DNA of 32,000 bases from Kineococcus radiotolerans SRS30216 = ATCC BAA-149 (lineage in GTDB: Bacteria; Actinomycetota; Actinomycetes; Actinomycetales; Kineococcaceae). Positions 18,369 through 25,090 of the stretch are shown here, piece after piece. The notes beneath the pieces are model-generated. The model was given only the letters and a program-made list of their open reading frames with translations. It searched no databases and was not told where the DNA came from. The translations under genes and the position numbers were made by a program. The first letter of the stretch is position 1. Every line of letters starts with the position of its first letter. The stretch covers positions 4,140,001 to 4,172,000 of the forward strand of contig NC_009664.2 in assembly GCF_000017305.1 (NCBI RefSeq), in the 5' to 3' direction.

Positions 18369-18662
18369 ATGATCTTCAAGCGGCAGCCCACGCCAACAGC
18401 AGCCGACATCCCCGATGACGAGGACGCCCCCGGCACGCTGCAATGGCTGCAGGCTTGGTACACCCTGCAGTGCGATGGAGAGTGGGAGCACGGCTGCGGC
18501 ATCTCCATCAGCACTTTGGACAACCCCGGCTGGCACGTGAGCATCGACCTCACGGACACCGCACTGGCCGCCCAGGACGTCGCCCGCCAGGAGGTGCACC
18601 GCAGCGAACACGACTGGTACACCGTGGGGTCTGCCCCTACTTCAGTTGACCCTCGTCAGTAG
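18369..18662 (+). pseudogene. Imm53-like polymorphic-toxin immunity protein, 3' end replaced by IS terminal sequence (cassette 2)
   Basis: LQWLQAWYTLQCDGEWEHGCGISISTLDNPGWHVSIDLTDTAL matches my recollection of the Imm53 family signature (W..CDGDWEH..GI.I.TLDNPGW...IDL..T). From codon GGG at 18627 the reading frame runs into the IS inverted repeat. Confidence 0.6.
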
Positions 18663-18668
18663 GGGCGG

Positions 18669-19541
18669 TCAGGCCGCGTGAGCGGCTTGCAGGAGTGTCT
18701 CGTACTCGATGGGTGTCAGTCGACCCAGCGCTTGCTGACGACGGCGGCGGTGATAGGTCCCCTCGATCCACGAGACGATGGCCAGGCGCAGCTCCTCCCG
18801 ACTGGCCCAGCGCCGGCGGTTGAGGACGTTCTTCTGCAGCAGGCTGAAGAACGACTCCATGGCGGCGTTGTCCGCGCAGGTCCCGACCCGACCCATCGAC
18901 CCACGCGCTTGCCCTGCCGAAAGAGCGCGAAGGTAGCGGTGGGAACGAAATTGGGCTCCGCGGTCCGAGTGGACCACGAGCTCAAGGACATCGGTCCCAC
19001 CGCGCAGTGCCAGCGCGTTCGACAGGGCTTGGACGGCGAGGTCGGCAGTCATGCGGGCATCGATGGAGTAGCCGACGATGCGGTTGGAGCAGGCGTCCTT
19101 GACCGCGCAGAGGTAGAGCTTGCCTTCGGCGGTGGGATGTTCGGTGATGTCGGTTAGCCAGAGGGCGTTCGGCTTCTCAGCGGTGAACTTACGGCGGACG
19201 AGGTCGTCGTGCACGGGTGGTCCCGGCCGGCGCCCGGCGCCGCGTCTGCGGGCGTGGGCTGAGAACAGCTTCTGCAGGCTGCACAAGCGCTGGACGCGGT
19301 TGCGCGAGGTCCTGACGCCCTGCTGCTGCAGCTCGTCGGCGATGAAGCGGTAGCCGAACTCGGGGTCGTCGTGGTGGATGTCGACGGCGGCGTTGAGGAG
19401 GTGAGCGTCGTTCCAGTCCCGGTCGGTGACCGGAGCGGCGCGCCACTTGAAGTAAGCCTGCTTGGAGAAGCCCAGCACCCGACAGGTCACCGCGACGGGG
19501 ATCCCGTCGCCGGCAAGGTCACGGACCAGCGGGTAGATCAT
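18669..19541 (-). CDS. IS3-family transposase OrfB (DDE integrase core)
   Basis: The DDE triad context is WLTDITEHPT, VVHSDRGAQF and CADNAAMESFFSLLQKN. The frame is intact. Confidence 0.85.
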   Translation of the reverse strand: MIYPLVRDLAGDGIPVAVTCRVLGFSKQAYFKWRAAPVTDRDWNDAHLLNAAVDIHHDDPEFGYRFIADELQQQGVRTSRNRVQRLCSLQKLFSAHARRRGAGRRPGPPVHDDLVRRKFTAEKPNALWLTDITEHPTAEGKLYLCAVKDACSNRIVGYSIDARMTADLAVQALSNALALRGGTDVLELVVHSDRGAQFRSHRYLRALSAGQARGSMGRVGTCADNAAMESFFSLLQKNVLNRRRWASREELRLAIVSWIEGTYHRRRRQQALGRLTPIEYETLLQAAHAA

Positions 19542-19846
19542 TTTGGCAACGTGTCACGGGCGAAGTACGCCGTCGCCCGCCGCAGGATCTCGTTCTCCTG
19601 CTCCAGCTGCTTGGCCCGCTTACGCAGCTCCCGGTTCTCCGCCTCGAGGTCCACGCCCACGGCAGGCGTGCTGTTGGACGCCGTCTTGCCGTCCTCGCGG
19701 TCAGCGATCCTCAGCCAGCGACCCAGGCAGGACTCGGAGATCCCGAAGCTGCTAGCGATCTTCGCTCGGGTCTGCCCGCCTTGGCGGGCGACGGCGATCA
19801 CGTCGCGGCGGAACTCGTCGGGGTAGCGCTTGTGCACGGTGCTCAT
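19538..19846 (-). CDS. IS3-family transposase OrfA (HTH)
   Basis: MSTVHKRYPDEFRRDVIAVARQGGQTRAKIASSFGISESCLGRWL is followed by the coiled coil LEAENRELRKRAKQLEQENEILRRATAYFA. It overlaps OrfB by 4 nt (CCAAAATGATC). Confidence 0.8.
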   Translation of the reverse strand: MSTVHKRYPDEFRRDVIAVARQGGQTRAKIASSFGISESCLGRWLRIADREDGKTASNSTPAVGVDLEAENRELRKRAKQLEQENEILRRATAYFARDTLPK

Positions 19847-19982
19847 CCTTCCAGCGAGGACCATGATCCTCACAGGTCGGAGTCAACCAAAGCGGGGGCA
19901 GACCCGACGGTCTTCAACGTCGGCAGCAGCGTCACTGCAGGGCCCGAGACCTGATCCCCACCCTGCACGAGCTCAAACCGCG

Positions 19983-19993
19983 CGGTCATCCTG
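19983..19993 (+). repeat. junction repeat copy c (variant GGTCATCCTGC)
   Basis: Context is aaaccgcgcGGTCATCCTGCGatatgggtgcgcc. A GGTCAC box lies 48 nt downstream. The copy sits 28 nt after the putative original Imm53-like stop (19952-19954). Confidence 0.7.
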
Positions 19994-20007
19994 CGATATG
20001 GGTGCGC

Positions 20008-20373
20008 CTACTCGCCCGCCCCGGTGCGCCAGGTCACCGACAAAATGGGCTTGGTCTGCAACCACAAGCCCTCGACAGGCAGCTGATCGTCGAAGACGAG
20101 GCCCAGCAGCTCCCGCCCCGCCCGCTTCTCCACCACCAGCGACCGCACCTGATGCAGCTCCAGACCCACCAGCTCATCACCGCCCGAGCTCAGCGACAGC
20201 TTGACCAGCTCCGAAGCCGGCTCCACCTCAACCTCCACGTGGAGGGAGCCACGAGTCAGGGCGAAGCGGACGCAGGCGTAGGACCACGGCGCGTCCTCGA
20301 CACCGAAGGGGTACACCGGCTCGCTCTCGAAGAGCCAGACCAGGTCCTTCAGCGCGGGCATCGGATCCATCAC
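20008..20373 (-). CDS. hypothetical small protein (121 aa), cassette 3
   Basis: MMDPMPALKDLVWLFESEPVYPFGVEDAPWSYACVRFALTRGSLHVEVEVEP... has a beta-rich, non-repetitive composition. The antisense ORF 20002..20586 is Q/R/H-rich and is rejected. Confidence 0.6.
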   Translation of the reverse strand: MMDPMPALKDLVWLFESEPVYPFGVEDAPWSYACVRFALTRGSLHVEVEVEPASELVKLSLSSGGDELVGLELHQVRSLVVEKRAGRELLGLVFDDQLPVEGLWLQTKPILSVTWRTGAGE

Positions 20374-20428
20374 CTGATCACTGTGCCTGTTGTCCGCGCG
20401 ACTGCGCGCCCCGCCACCGAGACTCCAC

Positions 20429-20439
20429 GGTCATCCCGC
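20429..20439 (+). repeat. junction repeat copy d (core GGTCATCCCGC)
   Basis: Context is ccgagactccacGGTCATCCCGCtggtctcgtg. It is flanked by the 6-bp inverted repeat CGAGAC/GTCTCG. Confidence 0.8.
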
Positions 20440-20695
20440 TGGTCTCGTGTGTCAGGCCGTCCATCCTGGAGCTTCGGCCCTGCAAACGTGCTCAGGCGCG
20501 TCTGGATCTCCGTGCTCCATCTCGTACGAGCACTCCCCGCACCCCTCGGTTGGATCATGCTCTCGCCAGTCATGGCCACAGGTTGAGCAATCGCCGTGGT
20601 AGGCCTACCGGGCTCGCTCCTCCTGCCGGCGGGTCCACCACAGCCTCAGCGTCTGGCGCACGTCATGAGCATGGCAGTAGCGGCGCCGACTTCAC

Positions 20696-20706
20696 GGTCA
20701 TCCCGC
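20696..20706 (+). repeat. junction repeat copy e (core GGTCATCCCGC)
   Basis: Context is agcggcgccgacttcacGGTCATCCCGCagatcgggtcac. The 5' flank is nearly identical to that of copy g. Confidence 0.8.
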
Positions 20707-20853
20707 AGATCGGGTCACTTGGAGCCCTCCACTACTCACCGTTCAGCTCGCTCAACGTCTCCGCGTCCACCGCCCGGGGAGCGGCCTCGATGTAGACCAC
20801 CGCCTGTCGAGGCCCGGCTTTGATGGAGACCTGCAAGTGACGCCTCCGAGAGG

Positions 20854-21183
20854 ATGATGGTCTCCATGGCTGCGCCCAGGAAGTACCCCGACGAGCTGCG
20901 TGAGCGAGCTATCCGTATGGCGCTGGACGCGCGCCGCGACCCCACCACCCGGGTCAACGCCTTCAAACGCATCGGCGGCCAGCTCGGCATCAACGCCGAG
21001 ACCCTGCGCAACTGGGTCCTGCAGGCCGAGGTCAACGCCGGCGACCGGCCCGGTACTACGACCGACGCCGCGGCTCGCCTGGCCGAGCTCGAGCGGGAGA
21101 ACCGTGAGCTTCGCCGAGCCAACGAAATCTTGCGCCGCGCATCGGCTTTCTTCGCGGCGGAGCTCGACCGCCCCTCTCGCTGA
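20854..21183 (+). CDS. IS3-family transposase OrfA (HTH)
   Basis: MAAPRKYPDELRERAIRMALD...NAETLRNWV is followed by LAELERENRELRRANEILRRASAFFAAE. Confidence 0.8.
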   Translation: MMVSMAAPRKYPDELRERAIRMALDARRDPTTRVNAFKRIGGQLGINAETLRNWVLQAEVNAGDRPGTTTDAAARLAELERENRELRRANEILRRASAFFAAELDRPSR

Positions 21184-22102
21184 GCACCTGGCCAAGCACC
21201 GACCGGGTCGTCGAGTTCATCGACACCAACAAGCAGGAGCTGGGAATCGAGCCGATCTGCCGTGAGCTGCAGATCGCCCCCAGCACGTACTACGCCGCCC
21301 GCCACCGACCACCCTCGGCCCGCGCGGTCAGCGACCAGGCCGCCCTGGTCGAGATCAACGAGGTCCACGCCGAGAACCTGCGCGTCTACGGAGCCAGGAA
21401 GCTGCACGCAGCCATCAACCGCCGCCGCGCCCAGCGCTGCCCACCGGGCCAGACACCGGCCCGCATCGCGCGCTGCACCGTCGAACGCCTGATGCGCTCA
21501 GCCGGACTGCACGGGCTACGCCGCAACGGTAAGCCACCACGGACCACGGTCTCAGCCGCACCCGATCAGCGCCCGGACTTGGTGCAGCGGAGGTTCTCCG
21601 CTGAGCGTCCTGACCGTTTGTGGGTCGCCGACATCACCTACATCCGCACCTGCTCGGGCTGGGTCTACGCTGCGTTCGTCACCGACGTCTGCACCCGGCG
21701 GGTCGTGGGCTGGCAGGTCGCCACCCACCTGCGGACCGAACTGGCCCTGGACGCGCTGCAGATGGCGTTCTGGGCCCGCCGGCGCGAAGGCGTGGACCTG
21801 ACGGGGCTGACGCACCACAGCGACAAGGGCGTCCAATACGTCGCCGTTCGCTACAGCGAGCGTTGGCCGCTGAGGGTGCGGTCGCCTCCGTCGGTTCTAC
21901 CGGTGATTCCTACGATAATGCGCTGGCGGAGGCGTTCAACTCCCTCTTCAAGACCGAGTGCATCCGCAACCCTCACGTCCCCGGCCGCGACGGTCCCTGG
22001 CGCGGCATCGACGACGTCGAGATCGCGGTGGCGGAGTACGTCGACTGGTACAACCACCGACGCCTGCACGGCGAGCTCGGGATGATTCCGCCGGTGGAGT
22101 AG
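21180..22102 (+). pseudogene. IS3-family transposase OrfB with internal 1-nt frameshift
   Basis: The frame is open from 21180, with DDE context WVADITYIRT and THHSDKGVQY. After VRYSER (about 21863) the frame breaks. The conserved remainder LAAEGAVASVGSTGDSYDNALAEAFNSLFKTE...WYNHRRLHGELG continues in another frame. CGTTGG is present where CGTTTGG would restore the frame. Confidence 0.75.
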
Positions 22103-22164
22103 GAGGCCCGCTTCAGCACCACTCCCGCCCTGACGGGCGGCTGAGCGTTGCTTCACACCCTCCA

Positions 22165-22461
22165 TCAGACCCGGGCCTTGACAGCCTCAACGACCCTGCC
22201 GCGCTGGCCTCGGGGTGCAAGCACCCGGCGCACCGCAGCAACCGCAGCCTGGACGGCCACTTCTTCATCCGCCTCGGTCAGTGCCGGGCTGATGATGGCG
22301 ACGCGTCCACCCCCATCCGTGGGGTCCTGCACGCAGGGCTCACCCGGTAAGGAAGCGGCCAGGGCGTCGAGGTCCTCAGACGTCCACGGCTGTTCCAACT
22401 CCCAGGTCAGGTAGACGGTATGGCCCACCTCGGTGTCGTCGACCACCACACGAGGATGCAC
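22165..22461 (-). pseudogene. hypothetical small protein interrupted by the IS at its 3' end (cassette 5)
   Basis: The ORF reads MHPRVVVDDTEVGHTVYLTWELEQPWTSEDLDALAASLPGEPCVQDP.... Its stop codon (22165-22167) lies inside the IS terminal repeat. A strongly coding-looking tail (QAVVYIEAAPRAVDAETLSELNGE, stop at 20732-20734) lies left of the IS. Confidence 0.5.
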
Positions 22462-22497
22462 CAGACCCGACAGCTCGCGTCACGTCGGGGAACGTCC

Positions 22498-22508
22498 GGT
22501 CATCCCGC
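22498..22508 (+). repeat. junction repeat copy f (core GGTCATCCCGC)
   Basis: Context is gtcggggaacgtccGGTCATCCCGCcgcctgggcgg. A degenerate second copy ACGGGTCCGCGCTCA lies about 30 nt downstream. Confidence 0.8.
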
Positions 22509-22573
22509 CGCCTGGGCGGTTGACGGGTCCGCGCTCACGACCAAACGCCCCGCACTGCACCACACTGGGTCAC

Positions 22574-23038
22574 GTGCCAGCGCCCACCTCGGATCACCTC
22601 CGATCTGACCTGTGCCGCACCTGGGACGACGTCGCCGCCGGACGCCTCAGCCGCACCGCCGCCGCCGACTGGGCCGCCGACCCCGACCGCGCCCTGGACT
22701 ACTCCAGCGGACCCGAGCCACTGCACCAGGCGTGGCTGCTCCTGCACGACCTGCGCCGCGCCCCGCTGAACGAAGCCGCCGTCATCAGCGGCGGCCACCT
22801 CGCACGCGATGAGCTGGCCATGCGCCGGCGTGAGCAGTGGCAGGCCGAGCTCGCCCGCTACGACGCGGACCCGTTGAGCTGGAACCGCACCCACTGGAGC
22901 GCCTACCTGCGCCGCACCGTCGAAGCGGGCCGCCACCCCGCACCCGACCGCCTCGCTGCCCGACTCATCGAGCACGGCCTCTTCCTCGACCAGGATGCTG
23001 CGGCGGTCCTGGATGAGGCCTGGTCAAACCGTACCTGA
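22574..23038 (+). CDS. hypothetical protein (about 154 aa), cassette 6
   Basis: From GTG 22574 the protein reads VPAPTSDHLRSDLCRTWDDVAAGRLSRTAAADWAADPDRAL...SWNRTHWSAYLRRTVEAGRH.... The ORF-track start at 22433 would read across junction f, so a later start is preferred. It is helical and Trp-rich. Confidence 0.5.
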   Translation: MPAPTSDHLRSDLCRTWDDVAAGRLSRTAAADWAADPDRALDYSSGPEPLHQAWLLLHDLRRAPLNEAAVISGGHLARDELAMRRREQWQAELARYDADPLSWNRTHWSAYLRRTVEAGRHPAPDRLAARLIEHGLFLDQDAAAVLDEAWSNRT

Positions 23039-23055
23039 GCGGGGCGGCACTTCAC

Positions 23056-23066
23056 GGTCATCCCGC
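23056..23066 (+). repeat. junction repeat copy g (core GGTCATCCCGC)
   Basis: Context is tgagcggggcggcacttcacGGTCATCCCGCGctcagtgcgcg. The second box GACGTCGCGGTCTT lies 47 nt downstream. The copy sits 18 nt after the cassette 6 stop. Confidence 0.8.
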
Positions 23067-23159
23067 GCTCAGTGCGCGATCATGGACAGTCGGCGACGTC
23101 GCGGTCTTGTCGATCTGGGGACGTCCAGGTGGGTGGGCTGGCGCCCTTCCGTCGAACGC

Positions 23160-23546
23160 TCAGGCCCGGACCTCCCGCTCCAGACGTCGGGCGGTCACCC
23201 GGTAGCCGCCTTCCCCGAAGCAGTGCCACAGCTTCGCCCCGCTCGCCCGGGCCAGCTGGTGGAGGCCGGTCAGGACGGTGCGGACGTCCTCCTCCCGGGC
23301 GTCGGCGTCGAGGCCGAGCTCACCGACCACCACCCGGCACCGGCCGTCCTCGCCACGCAGGAGATTGATGTCGTACACCGCCGTCGGCAGGCTCCACGAC
23401 CCCTCGTCCTCACCGTCGACCAGGTCCGCGCCCAGCGCGTCGAAGCGCCGCCGCAGCAGCGCCTCATCGAGAACGGCCAGTCGGTCCAGGGCGTCCTCGT
23501 CGTAGTGGCGCAGACGGCCGGCGAAGACCGCGTACTCAGTGCCCAC
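23160..23546 (-). CDS. hypothetical protein (128 aa), distal gene of two-gene cassette 7
   Basis: GTG 23546 is preceded by GGAGGAGG. The protein reads VGTEYAVFAGRLRHYDEDALDRLAVLDEALLRRRFDALGADL...LWHCFGEGGYRVTARRLE. The upstream part of ORF 23160..23930 is off-frame. Confidence 0.55.
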   Translation of the reverse strand: MGTEYAVFAGRLRHYDEDALDRLAVLDEALLRRRFDALGADLVDGEDEGSWSLPTAVYDINLLRGEDGRCRVVVGELGLDADAREEDVRTVLTGLHQLARASGAKLWHCFGEGGYRVTARRLEREVRA

Positions 23547-24144
23547 CGGGACCTCCTCCCGGACCGGTGCCGACCACGGACAGTGCGAAGTCGTGCAGGA
23601 GGTCGGGGTCCTGCCCCCGCTGGTACATGTGCTGAGCCAGGGCCTGGCCGTAGACGATGCCGACGGGGTCGACCTCCGCGGAGCCGTGCGCCCACGGCCC
23701 CTGGAGCATGGTGGCGTGGTGGTTGATGTCGCGGGCCCGGCCCCGGCTCTTCTGCCGGTACACGATCCACCGCGCCTGCGGCACGGCGGTCTGCAGGACG
23801 GTGCCCAGGTAGGCGGCGACCTCGTCGACCAGGCGCAGCTGGCGCGGGGACAGGTAGCGGGTGGGGCGGTCGGTGATCGGGTCGCGGTCGGGCAGCGGCT
23901 GCTGCACGTCCCACCACAGCGGCGACTCATCGAAGCCGTCGTCGGTGTCGTCGGTGTCGGCGTCCAACCGCGCGACGAACCAAGGCCCCAGCTGCCGCAG
24001 GCTGTCCACGCTGCCGTCCAGGCGCGGCCCGCCGGTGCCAGCCACCTGCTCCTGGAGACGCTGCACCAGCCGCGGCAGCGCCGCCATGTAGGCGTCGCGG
24101 TGGGCCAGCGCCTGCTCGTGGCTCATCTCCATGAACTTCAGCAC
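23536..24144 (-). CDS. hypothetical protein (202 aa), proximal gene of two-gene cassette 7
   Basis: The protein reads MLKFMEMSHEQALAHRDAYMAALPRLVQRLQEQVAGTGGPRLDGSVDSLRQLGPWFVARL.... Its stop overlaps the start of the next gene by 11 nt. Confidence 0.55.
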   Translation of the reverse strand: MLKFMEMSHEQALAHRDAYMAALPRLVQRLQEQVAGTGGPRLDGSVDSLRQLGPWFVARLDADTDDTDDGFDESPLWWDVQQPLPDRDPITDRPTRYLSPRQLRLVDEVAAYLGTVLQTAVPQARWIVYRQKSRGRARDINHHATMLQGPWAHGSAEVDPVGIVYGQALAQHMYQRGQDPDLLHDFALSVVGTGPGGGPGGH

Positions 24145-24260
24145 GCGATCACGTTAGAGAGTGCGCTTCAGCCGGAGAGACGCCATCACCGCACCAGGGC
24201 CGGGCAGCCGCCCTGCCGGGCTGGACACAGGCGGCATCGGCAGCTGGTGACGGATCTTCC

Positions 24261-24271
24261 GGTCATCCCGC
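24261..24271 (+). repeat. junction repeat copy h (core GGTCATCCCGC)
   Basis: Context is gacggatcttccGGTCATCCCGCGttgtgggcgccgatcac. Confidence 0.8.
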
Positions 24272-24285
24272 GTTGTGGGCGCCGA

Positions 24286-24735
24286 TCACTCAGGCTGGCA
24301 ACCCTGCCCACTCTCCAGCGCCGCGACGTCAGGACACCGGTCGTGGCTCCACTCCCCGGAGCCGAAGGAGTCCGCGGTGGCGTCGGTGAAGACCTCCACC
24401 CCCTCACCGGGCCGCACCCGGTAGTACGTCTCGATCGGGTCGCCTTCCGTGGTCAGCGACGTCACCAGGACCTCCGCACCTTCGCGCTGCGCACCCGCGC
24501 TGAGCAGGCACTCCGTCAGGGCCGTCGGGATGGGCTGGGCCTGGGGGACGGTGATCGAGGCGCACTGCGGCAAGGGGGAGCGTTCCCGGAACGCCGCCGG
24601 GGCTCGCCCGCCGGCGCTGAGCTGCCACACCACCCATGCGCCCATGCCGGTGGCGAAGAGCAGCAGCACGACGCCCAGCACTGTGACGAGGGGGACGGGT
24701 CGTCTCGGCGGGGCTCCAGCGACTGTGCTGTCCAT
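24286..24735 (-). CDS. membrane-anchored protein with Cys-containing extracytoplasmic domain (DUF4362-like), cassette 8
   Basis: ATG 24735 gives MDSTVAGAPPRRPVPLVTVLGVVLLLFATGMGAWVVW as a TM anchor. VLVTSLTTEGDPIETYYRVRPGEGVEVFTDATADSFGSGEWSHDRC resembles, from memory, the T.EGDPI...D.t.D.fG...C pattern of DUF4362. Confidence 0.5.
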   Translation of the reverse strand: MDSTVAGAPPRRPVPLVTVLGVVLLLFATGMGAWVVWQLSAGGRAPAAFRERSPLPQCASITVPQAQPIPTALTECLLSAGAQREGAEVLVTSLTTEGDPIETYYRVRPGEGVEVFTDATADSFGSGEWSHDRCPDVAALESGQGCQPE

Positions 24736-24795
24736 CTCCGCATGATGCTCGCGCACTGGCAGGTGCGAAGGGTCGTTCGACGCATCCGACGTCAC

Positions 24796-24806
24796 AATCA
24801 TCCCGC
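24796..24806 (+). repeat. junction repeat copy i (variant AATCATCCCGC)
   Basis: Context is ccgacgtcacAATCATCCCGCGctgttg. A related box GAGACGTCACATCAC lies at about 24886. Confidence 0.65.
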
Positions 24807-25090
24807 GCTGTTGTAGGTGGCCGCCGCCAACTCAGCTCCAAGATCGTCGCAGATGTCCTGACCATCGACTGTCGCCGATGTCCTGAGACGTCACATCACT
24901 GAGGCTTCGTCAGCAACGCTTCGTCCTTGCGGGCGAACCCTCACCGGGTCGTTGTTCATGGGCGGACGTCGGAGCGCTGGGCGGTCCACATCGGCCGGTG
25001 ACGATCGTCGTCTGCTCATCGCCCGCGGGTCGCGTGGGGAGCCGCCAGGGCCACGGATCCCACGGCACGACGCTCTGTGACGATGCAGGG

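Larger units (their letters stand above)
18625..19907 (-). mobile_element. IS3-family insertion sequence (IS2-like termini), about 1.28 kb
   Basis: The imperfect terminal inverted repeats are TGGGGTCTGCCCCTACTTCAGTTGAC (left) and TCGGGTCTGCCCCCGCTTTGGTTGAC (revcomp of the right end). Two overlapping transposase ORFs sit on the minus strand. I could not recognise a target-site duplication. Confidence 0.8.
20815..22173 (+). mobile_element. IS3-family insertion sequence, about 1.36 kb, with inactivated transposase
   Basis: The terminal IRs are CGGCTTTGATGGAGACCTGCAAGTGACGC (left) and CGGGTCTGATGGAGGGTGTGAAGCAACGC (revcomp of the right end). The element is flanked by the direct repeat GGCC (20811-20814 and 22174-22177), consistent with a 4-bp target duplication. 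Confidence 0.8.

Noticed and set aside
20370-20579. 69-aa minus-strand ORF whose stop overlaps the start of the 121-aa gene
   Set aside because: It must read across junction copy d, which is conserved as nucleotide sequence in non-coding contexts elsewhere. Its composition is Arg/Thr/Gly-rich.
17739-24806. CRISPR array as an explanation of the repeated 11-mer
   Set aside because: The intervals are 267-1205 bp and contain ORFs with ribosome-binding sites. The repeats are only about 20-30 nt conserved, with variable flanks. No cas genes are present.
17739-24806. Classical integron (attC sites plus IntI)
   Set aside because: There is no GTTRRRY/RYYYAAC core pair, no consistent attC-like imperfect palindrome, cassette genes in both orientations, and no intI-like gene in the window. 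The analogy is kept only at the architectural level.
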